Shown: in pieces, positions 1-10,351 of the stretch
Numbering within the stretch: the stretch's first letter is position 1
Layout: every line of letters starts with the position of its first letter
Assembly (NCBI GenBank): GCA_964348785.1
Contig: CAYGDO010000004.1
Coordinates: forward strand, 21,082-85,081
Direction: 5' to 3'
Origin: an uncultured Candidatus Saccharibacteria bacterium
Lineage (GTDB): Bacteria > Patescibacteriota > Minisyncoccia > Phycocordibacterales > 2-02-FULL-43-11
Length of the DNA: 64,000 bases
The notes under the pieces: generated by a model
The model's database searches: none
What the model saw: the letters and a program-made list of their open reading frames with translations, nothing else
Told to the model about the DNA's origin: nothing
Position numbers and translations under genes: made by a program

Positions 1-930
1 AAGTAAGTTTAAAAGATAAGTATTCGTATCACCAGTATAAGAACTAAGACTCAATAAAAAGGTCGTTACAGATGATTGTTGTTTTAAATTATGCTCGGCT
101 AATTTATCAGAATGAAATTGCAACAAATTGCTAGCGCTTTTTACAGCCTCGGCAATTGTCTTAGTCGTATTATAAGTTTGATCTATTATAGATTCTGTTT
201 TTAAAGAACTATCAAACCTACTAATAGCTTTGTAATCTAAAAAATTCTGATCATATTCTTTTCTGGCAAGTTGATATTTATCGAGAGCGTCATCTTTATA
301 CTTCACGACACTTTCATCAAACACCTTAATAGAATCAGTAATGTAGTCTAAATTTGATTGTCCACCTCCACCTAAAGCCAGGTCATTACCTAGTAAAATA
401 TTCTGCAAACCCGTCATCACTGTCGGCAATTTCAAAAAGGCATTGGAAACAACATTGAAACCATCATCATAAGCATGAGACAGGTCTTGTTCGGCCTGTT
501 CCTTATTTCTAGCAATAGATAAATAATCTGGGCCTCTCAACTTCTCTAAGGCAATTTGAGCGCTCTCAAGAGACACCTCTGCGTCCCTCACCACCTTTTC
601 TGCCCCAGATGCATCTATTTGAGCAATCAAAGCCCCAGCTCTTACATATTGACCATTAGAAACACCTAAATAAACTATGTCACCACCCGTCTTTGGTTTT
701 ATATCCATTTGAGTTAAAGAAGACACTTGACCAGTACCAGACACAGAAATAGACAGGTCTCCACTTTTAACCCTAGTAAAGAAATATTTAATTTGTGAAT
801 CATCCCTGTTTACAACTTTATAGGTATAAAAAGAAGCACCGGCTAAAGCCAAAATAACAACAACAGACAATGCTTTATGCAAAACAACAAAATTCTTAAT
901 AGTAAACCCCAACTTAGATATTCTTTTCAT
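1..930 (-). CDS. HlyD/MacA-like efflux periplasmic adaptor (membrane fusion protein); 3' end cut by window start
   Basis: Minus-strand frame is open from the ATG at 930 to position 1 (310 codons, no stop). The ORF track omits it for that reason. N-terminal TM anchor (LGFTIKNFVVLHKALSVVVILALAGASF) followed by a biotin-lipoyl-like segment (VSGTGQVSSLTQMDIKPKTGGDIVYLGVSNGQYVRAGALIAQID) typical of HlyD-family adaptors. Confidence 0.55.
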   Translation of the reverse strand, partial: MKRISKLGFTIKNFVVLHKALSVVVILALAGASFYTYKVVNRDDSQIKYFFTRVKSGDLSISVSGTGQVSSLTQMDIKPKTGGDIVYLGVSNGQYVRAGALIAQIDASGAEKVVRDAEVSLESAQIALEKLRGPDYLSIARNKEQAEQDLSHAYDDGFNVVSNAFLKLPTVMTGLQNILLGNDLALGGGGQSNLDYITDSIKVFDESVVKYKDDALDKYQLARKEYDQNFLDYKAISRFDSSLKTESIIDQTYNTTKTIAEAVKSASNLLQFHSDKLAEHNLKQQSSVTTFLLSLSSYTGDTNTYLLNLL

Positions 931-939
931 TTTTTTGCT

Positions 940-1428
940 TTATTTTTTAAGACCCCTAAACATGCCATTCATTGGTAAATTATTATCCATAATTCTTATC
1001 AGTTTTACTTCAATAATACCTTTTTCATTCGGCTCTCCTACCGCAACAATAAAATCATCAACTTTCAAGTCTGTCATGGTCAAATCTTCCCTAAATTTTC
1101 TAACTAAAGTTGAAGAACTTAAAGACAACTCTTTTTCAATTCCATCACCATCACTTATAAAAACGCTGGGTAAATCAATCCTCAATACTTTTCCTGAAGA
1201 TCCATTGGGATTAAAAAATTCCTTACCTCCAACTTTATCCATTAGTTTCAAACCCTTACCGTGCCCTAAAATTCTTTCATAATTGTTCCCCCAATTAAAG
1301 GAATGTCTGGCCTTGTTAAAACCAACCCAAATACCCATCTGAAAAACAAAAATGATAAATAGAAAAACGCCTATTAAACTAACAAACACCTTAAAATGCT
1401 TACTTTTTATTGTTTCTTTTATATTCAT
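940..1428 (-). CDS. hypothetical membrane-anchored protein
   Basis: 162-aa ORF with one N-terminal TM helix (VFVSLIGVFLFIIFVFQMGIW). Sits between the ECF sigma/anti-sigma-like pair and the HlyD-like gene. Confidence 0.35.
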   Translation of the reverse strand: MNIKETIKSKHFKVFVSLIGVFLFIIFVFQMGIWVGFNKARHSFNWGNNYERILGHGKGLKLMDKVGGKEFFNPNGSSGKVLRIDLPSVFISDGDGIEKELSLSSSTLVRKFREDLTMTDLKVDDFIVAVGEPNEKGIIEVKLIRIMDNNLPMNGMFRGLKK

Positions 1429-1433
1429 AAAAA

Positions 1434-1838
1434 TTATTTTACTAATAACGGGGGCCTATATTTATTAACTAACCAAACAGATAACAAGAGTAAAGATAAA
1501 ACGCTGGTAGATATCATGATTAACTCAAAAATCGGCAAAGAAACAATAAGTGAAAAAAACAAGTCTTTCCATATAAAGTTCAAGGCACCAAAATCAGAAA
1601 ACAGCAATTCTAAGTAATTAAAAAAACCGGAATAAAAAATTTCATCCAAAAAGTAAACAAAGCTATAAACAAGAGACAACAAACATAAAATAGAAAAAAA
1701 CAAACCAACAATATAATGGTTTTTCATCATCTTCTTTCTTTCGTGATCCAATCTATTTAGAACAGAAAATTTAAGATCCTTTTCTGTCTTTAGAGCAGAA
1801 ACTCCCCTTATAAGAAAATTGAATGCTTCTTTTACCAT
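1434..1838 (-). CDS. polytopic membrane protein, possible anti-sigma factor
   Basis: 134-aa ORF directly downstream of the ECF sigma factor on the same strand, with multiple hydrophobic helices. Assignment is by position only. Confidence 0.3.
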   Translation of the reverse strand: MVKEAFNFLIRGVSALKTEKDLKFSVLNRLDHERKKMMKNHYIVGLFFSILCLLSLVYSFVYFLDEIFYSGFFNYLELLFSDFGALNFIWKDLFFSLIVSLPIFELIMISTSVLSLLLLSVWLVNKYRPPLLVK

Positions 1839-1884
1839 ACTTACTTAATAATACGGAGCAAAAAGGGAAAAAGGTGCACTCTCG

Positions 1885-2448
1885 CTAAGAAGACAAGTAC
1901 TTCTTCAAAACAGCCGAACCTCTCCTATACTGACTTTTTACAGTGTTCACCGGCCTTTTTAATATCTCTGAAATTTCTTTAAAACTTAAATTTTCAAATA
2001 TATGAAGAAGGATTATATCCTTATATTTATATTCGAGCTTGTTAACAACATCAATTAATTCTTCTCTTCTCTCATCTTCCATCATTTTTTCAATCAAACC
2101 AGGATCTTCATCAGCTATATTTTCTTCGAAAGAATTTTCTCCACTCTCATCATCAAAATCAGAAAAAGGTACATTCTTTTTCTTACGAAGCCAATCTATA
2201 GAAGTATTACGCGCGACAGAAAATAGCCAAGTCTTAAATAATTTATCTTCTTGAAATTTATCTAAGTTTTTCCAAATTTTTACAAAAGTTTCCTGAACAA
2301 TATCTTCAGACATTTCGGCATCATGAGTAAACCAAAAGACAAAATTATAGACAGATTTTACATATCTCTCTAATAAAACAGAAAAAGCTAAGCTGTCTCC
2401 ATTTAGATATTTGCGGATTAATGAGTCATCGCTGTCCATATACAACAA
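1885..2448 (-). CDS. ECF-type RNA polymerase sigma-70 family factor
   Basis: Region-2 motif (VKSVYNFVFWFTHDAEMSEDIVQETFVKIWKNLDKF) and a region-4 HTH near the C-terminus (LSFKEISEILKRPVNTVKSQYRRG). Confidence 0.75.
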   Translation of the reverse strand: MLYMDSDDSLIRKYLNGDSLAFSVLLERYVKSVYNFVFWFTHDAEMSEDIVQETFVKIWKNLDKFQEDKLFKTWLFSVARNTSIDWLRKKKNVPFSDFDDESGENSFEENIADEDPGLIEKMMEDERREELIDVVNKLEYKYKDIILLHIFENLSFKEISEILKRPVNTVKSQYRRGSAVLKKYLSS

Positions 2449-2531
2449 AATGATTCTAGCAAATATATTGAAAATAAGAGCAAAATATCACAAAAGTATG
2501 TTAAAATGCCAAAAAATAAGGTTTTTAAAAT

Positions 2532-3821
2532 ATGAAAATAAAAGATGTAAAAGCAAGGGAAATATTAGACTCTAGAGGCAACCCAACAGTCGAAACAGAC
2601 GTCATTTTAGAGGACGGAACACTGGGCAGGGCCTCTGTCCCCTCTGGAGCTTCAACTGGCTCAAATGAAGCCTGCGAATTAAAAGATGGCGACAAAAAAA
2701 GATATGGTGGTAAGGGGGTTTTAAAAGCAGTAAACAATGTAAATACGGAAATCGCTAAAAGCTTAATCGGTAAAGACGCTTCAAATCAAAAAGAAATTGA
2801 TCAAATTTTAATTGATTTAGATGGAACAGAAAACAAAGAGAGACTGGGTGCAAATGCAATATTAGCCACATCACTTGCTGTCGCTAAAGCCTACGCCAAC
2901 TCCCAAAAAATTCATTTGTACGAATACATAAATTCTCTCTCCTCATATAAAAAACCTTTTAGTTTACCTTTGCCAATGTGTAACATAATAAACGGAGGTA
3001 AACATGCTGAAGGTTCTACTGACATACAAGAATTTATGATTGTACCGATTGGTGCAAAATCATTTAGTAACGCTTTGCAAATTGCCACAGAAATATTTCA
3101 CAGTTTAAAGAAAGTTCTAAGTAACAACAACTACGGCACCACCGTTGGTGATGAGGGGGGTTATGCTCCATCAGTTAAAAAAGGTAACGAAGAAGCTTTG
3201 ACCTTAATAAAAGAAGCGACACAAAATACTGGTTATGAACTTGGCAAAGATGTCGTGATTGCACTTGATGTTGCTTCAAGCGAATTATATGAAAATGGTA
3301 AATACCAATTAAAAACTGAAAATAAAAAGCTGGAGTCAAATGAACTTATAAACTTCTATAAAGATTTAAAGGCTCGATTCCCTATCGTTTCAATAGAAGA
3401 CGGGCTGGCCGAAAGTGACTGGGGCGGTTGGAAAGAAATGACTAAAATTTTAGGAGACAACACCCAATTGGTTGGTGATGATTTATTGGTGACAAATAAA
3501 AAATTCTTAAAAAAAGCTATAGAAGAAAAAGCTGGTAATGCGATTCTAGTAAAAGTAAACCAAATCGGAACTCTGTCAGAAACCATAGAAACAGTTGATT
3601 TGGCACATAAATCAGGCTGGAAAACCATTATCTCTCATAGATCTGGCGAGACCGAAGATGTGACAATAGCCCACATTGCCGTTGGTCTTGGTTCAGGGCA
3701 AATAAAAACCGGATCGTTAAGCAGAACTGACAGAGTTGCAAAATATAACGAATTATTAAGAATAGAGGAAAGTTTGGGTGAAAAAGCTTTATTTAACCCA
3801 AAAACAATATTGAACAAATAA
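2532..3821 (+). CDS. eno: enolase (phosphopyruvate hydratase)
   Basis: 429 aa. N-terminus [24 protein letters not shown] and the conserved SHRSGETED motif. Confidence 0.95.
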   Translation: MKIKDVKAREILDSRGNPTVETDVILEDGTLGRASVPSGASTGSNEACELKDGDKKRYGGKGVLKAVNNVNTEIAKSLIGKDASNQKEIDQILIDLDGTENKERLGANAILATSLAVAKAYANSQKIHLYEYINSLSSYKKPFSLPLPMCNIINGGKHAEGSTDIQEFMIVPIGAKSFSNALQIATEIFHSLKKVLSNNNYGTTVGDEGGYAPSVKKGNEEALTLIKEATQNTGYELGKDVVIALDVASSELYENGKYQLKTENKKLESNELINFYKDLKARFPIVSIEDGLAESDWGGWKEMTKILGDNTQLVGDDLLVTNKKFLKKAIEEKAGNAILVKVNQIGTLSETIETVDLAHKSGWKTIISHRSGETEDVTIAHIAVGLGSGQIKTGSLSRTDRVAKYNELLRIEESLGEKALFNPKTILNK

Positions 3822-3822
3822 T

Positions 3823-4452
3823 ATGGCGCATCTTATACTAGTTAGACATGGCACTTCAGAATGGAACAAAATGGGACTTTGGACTGGAAAAGCCAATCCT
3901 GATTTAGCAAAAGAAGGTGTTCTAGAAGCTTTAAAAACTGGAACTCTTTTAAAAGATATAAAATTAGATTTTGGATTTTCTTCTGTTCAAAAAAGGGCAA
4001 TCGATACCCTAGTTAACATTCTTTCTTCCCTATCAATTGAAATACCAAGAGAAGAAAACCAGGCTCTCAATGAAAGAGATTATGGAGTGTACACGGGAAA
4101 AAATAAATGGGAAATAAAAGAACAAGTTGGAGATGAAAAATTCAAAGAAATTAGAAGGGGTTGGGATACCAAAATCCCTGAGGGGGAGTCCTTAAAAAGT
4201 GTTTATGAAAGAGTAATACCTTATTATAAAGAAAAAATCGAACCGAAGATTAAATCCGACCAAAACGTCATAATTGTCTCTAGTGGCAACGCCCTTCGGT
4301 CTTTGGTTAAGTATTTAGAAAATTTGAATGAAGAACAAATAGCCAATCTAGAATTTGGTCTTGCTGAGGCATATTGTTACGAACTAGATAAAGAGGGCAA
4401 AATAATTTCCAAAGAGATTCGTTCATCAAATCCCAACAAAGGAAAAATGTAA
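3823..4452 (+). CDS. histidine-phosphatase family phosphoglycerate mutase (GpmA-like)
   Basis: LILVRHGTSEWNKMGLWTG matches the RHGxSxWN catalytic motif. Start abuts the eno stop (2-nt gap), suggesting a glycolytic operon. Confidence 0.6.
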   Translation: MAHLILVRHGTSEWNKMGLWTGKANPDLAKEGVLEALKTGTLLKDIKLDFGFSSVQKRAIDTLVNILSSLSIEIPREENQALNERDYGVYTGKNKWEIKEQVGDEKFKEIRRGWDTKIPEGESLKSVYERVIPYYKEKIEPKIKSDQNVIIVSSGNALRSLVKYLENLNEEQIANLEFGLAEAYCYELDKEGKIISKEIRSSNPNKGKM

Positions 4453-5399
4453 TGAAAAAAAGAAAAAAAACAGCATTAGTAACAGGAGGAGCAGGTTTTC
4501 TAGGTTCGCATTTATGTGATTTTCTTATAGAAAAAAACTTCAGAGTTATTGCCTTAGACAATTTATATACTGGAAAAAAAGAAAACTTGAAACATCTAAA
4601 AGGCAATGAAAATTTCAAATTCATAAAAGCAGATATCAGAAAAAAACTTAATTTAAAAGATAGAATCGATTGGATTTTCAATCTAGCTTGCCCTGCCTCA
4701 CCAATTTGGTATCAAAAGGATCCTATTGGAACCATAGAGACTAGTATCGTGGGGTCGCTAAACATGCTTGATTTAGCGAAAAAAAATAAAGCCAGAATAC
4801 TTCAAGCGTCCACTTCAGAAATTTATGGCGATCCTTTGGAGCACCCTCAAAAAGAAACCTATAAAGGTAACGTAAACAGTATTGGGCCAAGAGCCTGCTA
4901 TGACGAAGGTAAAAGGGCCTCTGAAACGCTTTTTATGGATTACAAAAGAATTCACAACACTGACATAAAAATAATAAGAATTTTTAATACCTATGGCCCC
5001 CGAATGGCAGTTGATGATGGAAGAGTTGTCTCTAATTTTATTGATCAAGCTCTAAAAAATAAACCTTTAACAATATACGGTGACGGATCGCAGACAAGAA
5101 GTTTCCAATACGTATCAGATCTTATAGAAGCCATATACAAAATGATGACTAAAGAAAATTTTACGGGACCAGTCAATCTTGGAAATACTGAAGAATTCAC
5201 TGTTATGGAATTAGCAAAAAAAGTAATTAAACAGATCAATTCTAAAAGTAAAATAACCATAAAAGAATTGCCTAAAGACGATCCGGTCAAAAGAAAGCCC
5301 GATATCTCACTTGCAAAAGAGGTTTTGGGTTGGGAACCAAAAGTAAAACTGGATGAGGGTCTTTCTAAAACAATAGAATACTTCAGGAATATAAAGTAG
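4452..5399 (+). CDS. NAD-dependent epimerase/dehydratase, UDP-glucuronate decarboxylase (UXS)-like
   Basis: Rossmann GGAGFLGSH motif and YxxxK (YDEGKRASE), typical of UDP-xylose synthase-type SDRs. Confidence 0.7.
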   Translation: MKKRKKTALVTGGAGFLGSHLCDFLIEKNFRVIALDNLYTGKKENLKHLKGNENFKFIKADIRKKLNLKDRIDWIFNLACPASPIWYQKDPIGTIETSIVGSLNMLDLAKKNKARILQASTSEIYGDPLEHPQKETYKGNVNSIGPRACYDEGKRASETLFMDYKRIHNTDIKIIRIFNTYGPRMAVDDGRVVSNFIDQALKNKPLTIYGDGSQTRSFQYVSDLIEAIYKMMTKENFTGPVNLGNTEEFTVMELAKKVIKQINSKSKITIKELPKDDPVKRKPDISLAKEVLGWEPKVKLDEGLSKTIEYFRNIK

Positions 5400-5409
5400 A
5401 ATTGAGTTA

Positions 5410-6264
5410 ATGGGAACATTAATTAAATCGTTTTTTATTTTTATATTCTTTTTATTAAATATCCACCTCGTAGAGGCTGGCAATCTTTCCATGTTCCCCA
5501 CTAAACCCCTACAAGGAGATCCTTTGATTATACAAATAGAAAATTACACATTAGATGAAATTGCAAAAATAACATTAAATGGAAAATCTCTATGGTTTTT
5601 TAATTACAAAAATAAGCCGACCGTATTTTGGGGTATAGATTTAAATCAAAAACCTGGAACACATGACCTGATTATCAAAAAAGAAAATGGTGAAATAATT
5701 ACTGAGAAAATTGAGATATTTAAAAGAGACAAGTACGAGGCCCCTCTTGGCATACCAGAAAAACTAGGTGGCAACACGCCACAGGCGGGTAAACAATTGG
5801 TTTCAAACTTAACGAGAGAAAACAACGAATTAAATACCTTAACTTCTTTAAACAAAAAAATGTGGAGTGCCGATTTTAGCTTGCCTCTACTAAAAAATGA
5901 AATAACTGACAATTACGGATATTCAAGACAAACCGTTGGTTATACTATAGCTCACAAGGGCACAGATTGGAGAGCGAAAGAAGGAACCCCTGTATATGCA
6001 ATCAACAGTGGAATTATAAAAAAAGCCAAAACATACGAAGTCTATGGAAAAACAATTATTATTGACCACGGTCTAGGAGTTAATTCTTTTTACATGCATC
6101 TTTCAACTATAAAAGTAAAAAACGGTGAGTATGTAAAAAAAGGGCAAGAAATAGGTCTATCAGGTTCAACTGGCTACGCCGAAAGTCCTCACCTACATTT
6201 AAGTATAAAAATAAATAATCAATCCATAGACCCATATAAATTTATAGAATTTTTCAATCTGTAG
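5410..6264 (+). CDS. M23 family metallopeptidase with N-terminal signal/TM
   Basis: C-terminal HxxxD...HxH pattern: HKGTDWRAKEGTPVYA ... DHGLGVNSFYMHLS ... SPHLHLSI (LytM/M23 fold). Confidence 0.75.
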   Translation: MGTLIKSFFIFIFFLLNIHLVEAGNLSMFPTKPLQGDPLIIQIENYTLDEIAKITLNGKSLWFFNYKNKPTVFWGIDLNQKPGTHDLIIKKENGEIITEKIEIFKRDKYEAPLGIPEKLGGNTPQAGKQLVSNLTRENNELNTLTSLNKKMWSADFSLPLLKNEITDNYGYSRQTVGYTIAHKGTDWRAKEGTPVYAINSGIIKKAKTYEVYGKTIIIDHGLGVNSFYMHLSTIKVKNGEYVKKGQEIGLSGSTGYAESPHLHLSIKINNQSIDPYKFIEFFNL

Positions 6265-6325
6265 AAACTAAAAAATCGCTCAGGAAAAAGCGATTTTTTA
6301 GTTTCTGATTTTAAATTACACTAAA

Positions 6326-6790
6326 CTATTTCTGACAACACTTGTCATCGCAACCCTCACAGTCTGCGCAGTTTGCACAATGAGAACCACATATTTTTTC
6401 ATCAACTGAGTATTTACCAGCACCTTGAAGCATCAAGGCAACAGAAGAAGCAAATAAAGCAACGTCAAGCTCATATCCTCCAATAAAACCTTTCCCTGCC
6501 TTAACCATAACAATAGCGACAATCATAACGAAGGCAAGAAGAGCTGCTGAAATTTGTGTAGAAAAACCTAAAATTAAGAAAGCTCCGCCAACTGTTTCTA
6601 CAATTGTTACAACCCATGCCATAAGTGAAGCCATTGGGATTCCAACTTTATCAAAAAAACCAGCCACCCCGTCTACCCCACCCTGAAATTTTTGAATACC
6701 ATGTGCCAAAAATACGGCACCGACAGCGACACGAAGCACAAGCATTGATAAACCCAAACTACCTTTAAAAGTTTTACAGACTTTACACAT
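6326..6790 (-). CDS. DoxX-family membrane protein with Cys-rich C-terminal tail
   Basis: Four hydrophobic helices typical of DoxX. The C-terminus is CGSHCANCADCEGCDDKCCQK (9 Cys in 21 residues). Confidence 0.55.
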   Translation of the reverse strand: MCKVCKTFKGSLGLSMLVLRVAVGAVFLAHGIQKFQGGVDGVAGFFDKVGIPMASLMAWVVTIVETVGGAFLILGFSTQISAALLAFVMIVAIVMVKAGKGFIGGYELDVALFASSVALMLQGAGKYSVDEKICGSHCANCADCEGCDDKCCQK

Positions 6791-6843
6791 AAAAAATAAA
6801 TTTAACTTATAAACTGGCCTATTTTAACACGAGAGCCGGCAAA

Positions 6844-7713
6844 TTAGCCACTAATAAAAGCGAGAATGATTGCAAAAACCAAAGCCAAAACTAAACCGAA
6901 CTTCTGATAATTTTCTAATTTTTCCTTGTTTAGAAAAATTCCCAACAAAACAGCAATAATAATGTAACTTTCAGATAATGCTGTAACAATAGCAATTGGA
7001 GACAAACTCATTCCTTTAGCAAAAGCGATCCAAGCCAAATTATCCAAAATTGACATCGGCAAGACCACTTTTTTGTAATTCCATAAATTCAACAAACATT
7101 TTCCGATATTACCCTTAAAGGCTAAAACTATAAAAGATAAAAAAGATATTGATACACAAGTGAAAAAATTCACTGTAAGAGCGTCAGTTAATCTGGCCCC
7201 CCAACCAAAAAGAAAATTGGCGGCGCCCATCGTAATGGCTGCTATAAAAGCTAAAACAGCCCCTTTTTCCAAAAAATCCTTTCCCTTAAATTTATCAGGG
7301 CTTGCTATGGAAACCAAAACTAAACCCACCGTTAAAACAACTATGACTGATATCTGAAACAAAGTAATCTTTTCCCCTAAAACCCAAAACGCCAATAAAG
7401 AAGCGGAAACTATCTCAAGTGACCAGATTGGTTCAACAACGGAAAGCTTACCGACCTTAAGAGCCATAAAATCAAAAATAGCTGCAACAAAAAGAACCAA
7501 ACTAGAAATCACTAAAACATAAAAAGTCTTTTCAATGGAAAAAATGTTGCCTAAGTCTTTATAGACAAAAGGAAAAATTAAAAATGTCCCGATCGCCGTT
7601 ATGGCAAACAATGTCTCAAAAATACCAACCTTTCTGATGACTTTCTGCATTAGAAAATCACCAATGCCCCACAAAAACATCGCCACAAAAGCACTTAAAA
7701 TGCCTAACTGCAT
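6844..7713 (-). CDS. EamA/DMT-family transporter
   Basis: 289 aa with about 10 TM helices in two repeated halves. Confidence 0.6.
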   Translation of the reverse strand: MQLGILSAFVAMFLWGIGDFLMQKVIRKVGIFETLFAITAIGTFLIFPFVYKDLGNIFSIEKTFYVLVISSLVLFVAAIFDFMALKVGKLSVVEPIWSLEIVSASLLAFWVLGEKITLFQISVIVVLTVGLVLVSIASPDKFKGKDFLEKGAVLAFIAAITMGAANFLFGWGARLTDALTVNFFTCVSISFLSFIVLAFKGNIGKCLLNLWNYKKVVLPMSILDNLAWIAFAKGMSLSPIAIVTALSESYIIIAVLLGIFLNKEKLENYQKFGLVLALVFAIILAFISG

Positions 7714-7715
7714 AA

Positions 7716-9362
7716 TTATTTTTTAGAATTAGAAATAGAAGCTTTTATAAAAGCAGTAAAGAGAGGATGGGGAGACAAAGGTCTAGCTTTAAATTCAGGA
7801 TGAAACTGTGTCCCTAAGAAAAATGGATGTTTATCTTTTGGCAATTCGGCGATTTCCATTAAAATCCCATCTGGTGAGGTCCCTGAAAAGACCAGCCCAG
7901 CGTCCTCAACCCTTTTAACAAATTCTGGATTAACTTCATACCTGTGTCTGTGACGTTCCAAAATAACATCAGTTCCATAAGCATTAAAAGCAATGGAATT
8001 CTTCTTCAAATTAGCTTTGTAAGAACCCAGTCTCATCGTAGCACCATATTTTTTATCCAATAACAGCTTTTTCTGTTCCGGCATTATATCAATGACAGGA
8101 TAAGGGGTTTTTTGGTTTATTTCAGTAGTATTGGCATCCTTAAGACCTAGAACATTTCTAGCATATTCAACCACCATAAGTTGCATGCCGTAACATAAAC
8201 CAAAATATGGAATTTTATTTTCTCTAGCATATCTAATGGCTGATAATTTACCCTCTATACCACTTTCACCAAACCCCCCCGGAACTATCACACCATCATA
8301 TTTAGATAAAACAGAAACTTTCTCTTTACCATTTTCAAAATCTTTAGCATTAATCCACTTCAAAACTGGTTTTTTATTAAAAGAGAAAGCGGAAAACTTT
8401 ACCGCCTCTATAACCGAGAGATAAGCATCAGACAAAACAAAATCACCAGTATCAAAATACTTACCTATAACAGCTATTTTCACTTCACCATCATGCTTCT
8501 TAGAACTCTCGACGAACTTATTCCAAGAACCCATACCCTCACCTTTTTTATTCGATTTAACATTCAATAATTTCAAAATTGAATCAGCCAACTTCTCTTT
8601 TTCAAAATTTATAGGCACATCATAAATATTATTTATATCAGGAGCTGAAATAACATTTTCCGAAGAAACACTACAAGATAATGCTATTTTTTCTTTCCTC
8701 CTGTCATCTAGAGATTGCGGACCTCGGCCTATAATTATATGCGGTTGAACACCGTAAGAATTTAACATTCTTATTGAATTTTGTGTTGGCTTAGTCTTCA
8801 TTTCACCAATTGACCCTGGAACTGGCAGATAAGAAACCATTATAAAAATAACATCACCAGGATTTTGTATCGCCATAATTCTAGCGGCCTCTATAAACAT
8901 AATGTTTTGATAGTCCCCAACAGTGCCCCCCACCTCAACCACAGAAATATCTGAACCCGATTTTTTTGCAGCATTTTGAAATCTTTGCTTAATCTCACCT
9001 GTAATATGCGGTATGGCTTCAACGCATTTTCCTCCATAACCAAGGTTTCTTTCTTTTTCTATGACATATTTGTAAACCATACCACTAGTCATATAATCGT
9101 CATTACCCAAATCTTGTCCTAAAAAGCGCTCGTAGTTGCCCATATCTTGATCTGTCTCCAAACCAGAAGAAAGTACAAAAACCTCTCCATGTTCAGTCGG
9201 ATTCATCGTTCCGGCATCAACGTTTAAATAAGGGTCAATTTTCATTAAATTAACCTTAAAACCTTTAGTCTGAAGAACTTTTGCGATCGAAGAAGATGCT
9301 ATACCCTTACCAACACCCGACATCACTCCGCCTATAACAAATATATATTTATGTTTTTTCAT
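7716..9362 (-). CDS. pyrG: CTP synthase
   Basis: 548 aa. N-terminal KYIFVIGGVMSGVGKGI and a C-terminal glutamine amidotransferase domain (GLCYGMQ). Confidence 0.92.
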   Translation of the reverse strand: MKKHKYIFVIGGVMSGVGKGIASSSIAKVLQTKGFKVNLMKIDPYLNVDAGTMNPTEHGEVFVLSSGLETDQDMGNYERFLGQDLGNDDYMTSGMVYKYVIEKERNLGYGGKCVEAIPHITGEIKQRFQNAAKKSGSDISVVEVGGTVGDYQNIMFIEAARIMAIQNPGDVIFIMVSYLPVPGSIGEMKTKPTQNSIRMLNSYGVQPHIIIGRGPQSLDDRRKEKIALSCSVSSENVISAPDINNIYDVPINFEKEKLADSILKLLNVKSNKKGEGMGSWNKFVESSKKHDGEVKIAVIGKYFDTGDFVLSDAYLSVIEAVKFSAFSFNKKPVLKWINAKDFENGKEKVSVLSKYDGVIVPGGFGESGIEGKLSAIRYARENKIPYFGLCYGMQLMVVEYARNVLGLKDANTTEINQKTPYPVIDIMPEQKKLLLDKKYGATMRLGSYKANLKKNSIAFNAYGTDVILERHRHRYEVNPEFVKRVEDAGLVFSGTSPDGILMEIAELPKDKHPFFLGTQFHPEFKARPLSPHPLFTAFIKASISNSKK

Positions 9363-9391
9363 AAATTAAAAAATAAAAACGTGGTCTAAAA

Positions 9392-10321
9392 TTAAGATTT
9401 CAAATATCTCTTCACGGCCCAATAACTAGAAACTGCTCCAAGTAATATACCCGACCCAACGATTATGGCAAATAATTGACCGAAGTTTTTTGTATAGTAA
9501 GAAAACAAATTTATACCACCCAAAAAATTTGCTGTTGCCCCGCTCACCCATCTAGTGATGGGATAAAAAATAACAATAGTGGTCAACCCTGATATCAAAC
9601 CATAAATTATTCCTGAAATAACAAAAGGTCCTCTGATATATTTATAACTAGCGCCAACCAGTCTCATTACTGATATCTCATCGCGAGAAATAAATATAAC
9701 AAGACGAATTGTATTGAAAGCAATAATCAAAGAAATAAAAACTAAAATTATAGAGACCGAGAATCCCAATCTTTCAGCGGCAGTAATAATTTTAGTCAAT
9801 TTATCTATAACAACTTGATTATTAAAATAATCTACTAAATCAATGATTGAGTGTTGATCATTGCCAGAAACTGAAGATTCTTTTTTCAAAAAATTAGCAA
9901 TGTTTTGATACTCAGAGGGATCCTTGGCTTTTATATTCAAAATGGCACCTAAAGGATTTCCATCTAATTCTTCCAACGCCTGCAATGTGAGTTCATCCCC
10001 TTCATGCCTCTTTTTAAACCTTTCGAGTGCTAAGTCTTTGGATATATATTCCGCTTGCAAAACTGAAGGCAATGCTTCCAAAGATTTTTTTACAGCTAAA
10101 ATATCTTCCTCAGAAGCATCGGTATTAAAATAAACGCTCACATCAACCTTATTCCTAACTTCTGTTAGAGAAGAGTTCAGTCCGGCCAGCATAAACATAA
10201 CTGAACCAATAACAAACAGCGTGACAGTCATTATCAAAATAGCTGACAAAGACACAAATCCGTTTCTGAGAAAATTCATAAATCCTGCCTTTATTATTCT
10301 TTTGATATTTATCCAAAGCAT
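9392..10321 (-). CDS. ftsX: cell-division ABC transporter permease FtsX-like
   Basis: 309 aa with an N-terminal TM, a periplasmic domain and three C-terminal TMs. Immediately downstream of ftsE. Confidence 0.75.
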   Translation of the reverse strand: MLWINIKRIIKAGFMNFLRNGFVSLSAILIMTVTLFVIGSVMFMLAGLNSSLTEVRNKVDVSVYFNTDASEEDILAVKKSLEALPSVLQAEYISKDLALERFKKRHEGDELTLQALEELDGNPLGAILNIKAKDPSEYQNIANFLKKESSVSGNDQHSIIDLVDYFNNQVVIDKLTKIITAAERLGFSVSIILVFISLIIAFNTIRLVIFISRDEISVMRLVGASYKYIRGPFVISGIIYGLISGLTTIVIFYPITRWVSGATANFLGGINLFSYYTKNFGQLFAIIVGSGILLGAVSSYWAVKRYLKS

Positions 10322-10351
10322 AATTAAATATTGTAAATCAAAAACAACAAA

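Noticed and set aside
3356-3817. Antisense ORFs inside eno and other internal opposite-strand ORFs within confirmed genes (e.g. 8236-8424, 9924-10133, 17858-18073, 28866-29057, 31130-31475, 57895-58131)
   Set aside because: They are nested in well-supported genes, lack start context, and give low-complexity translations.
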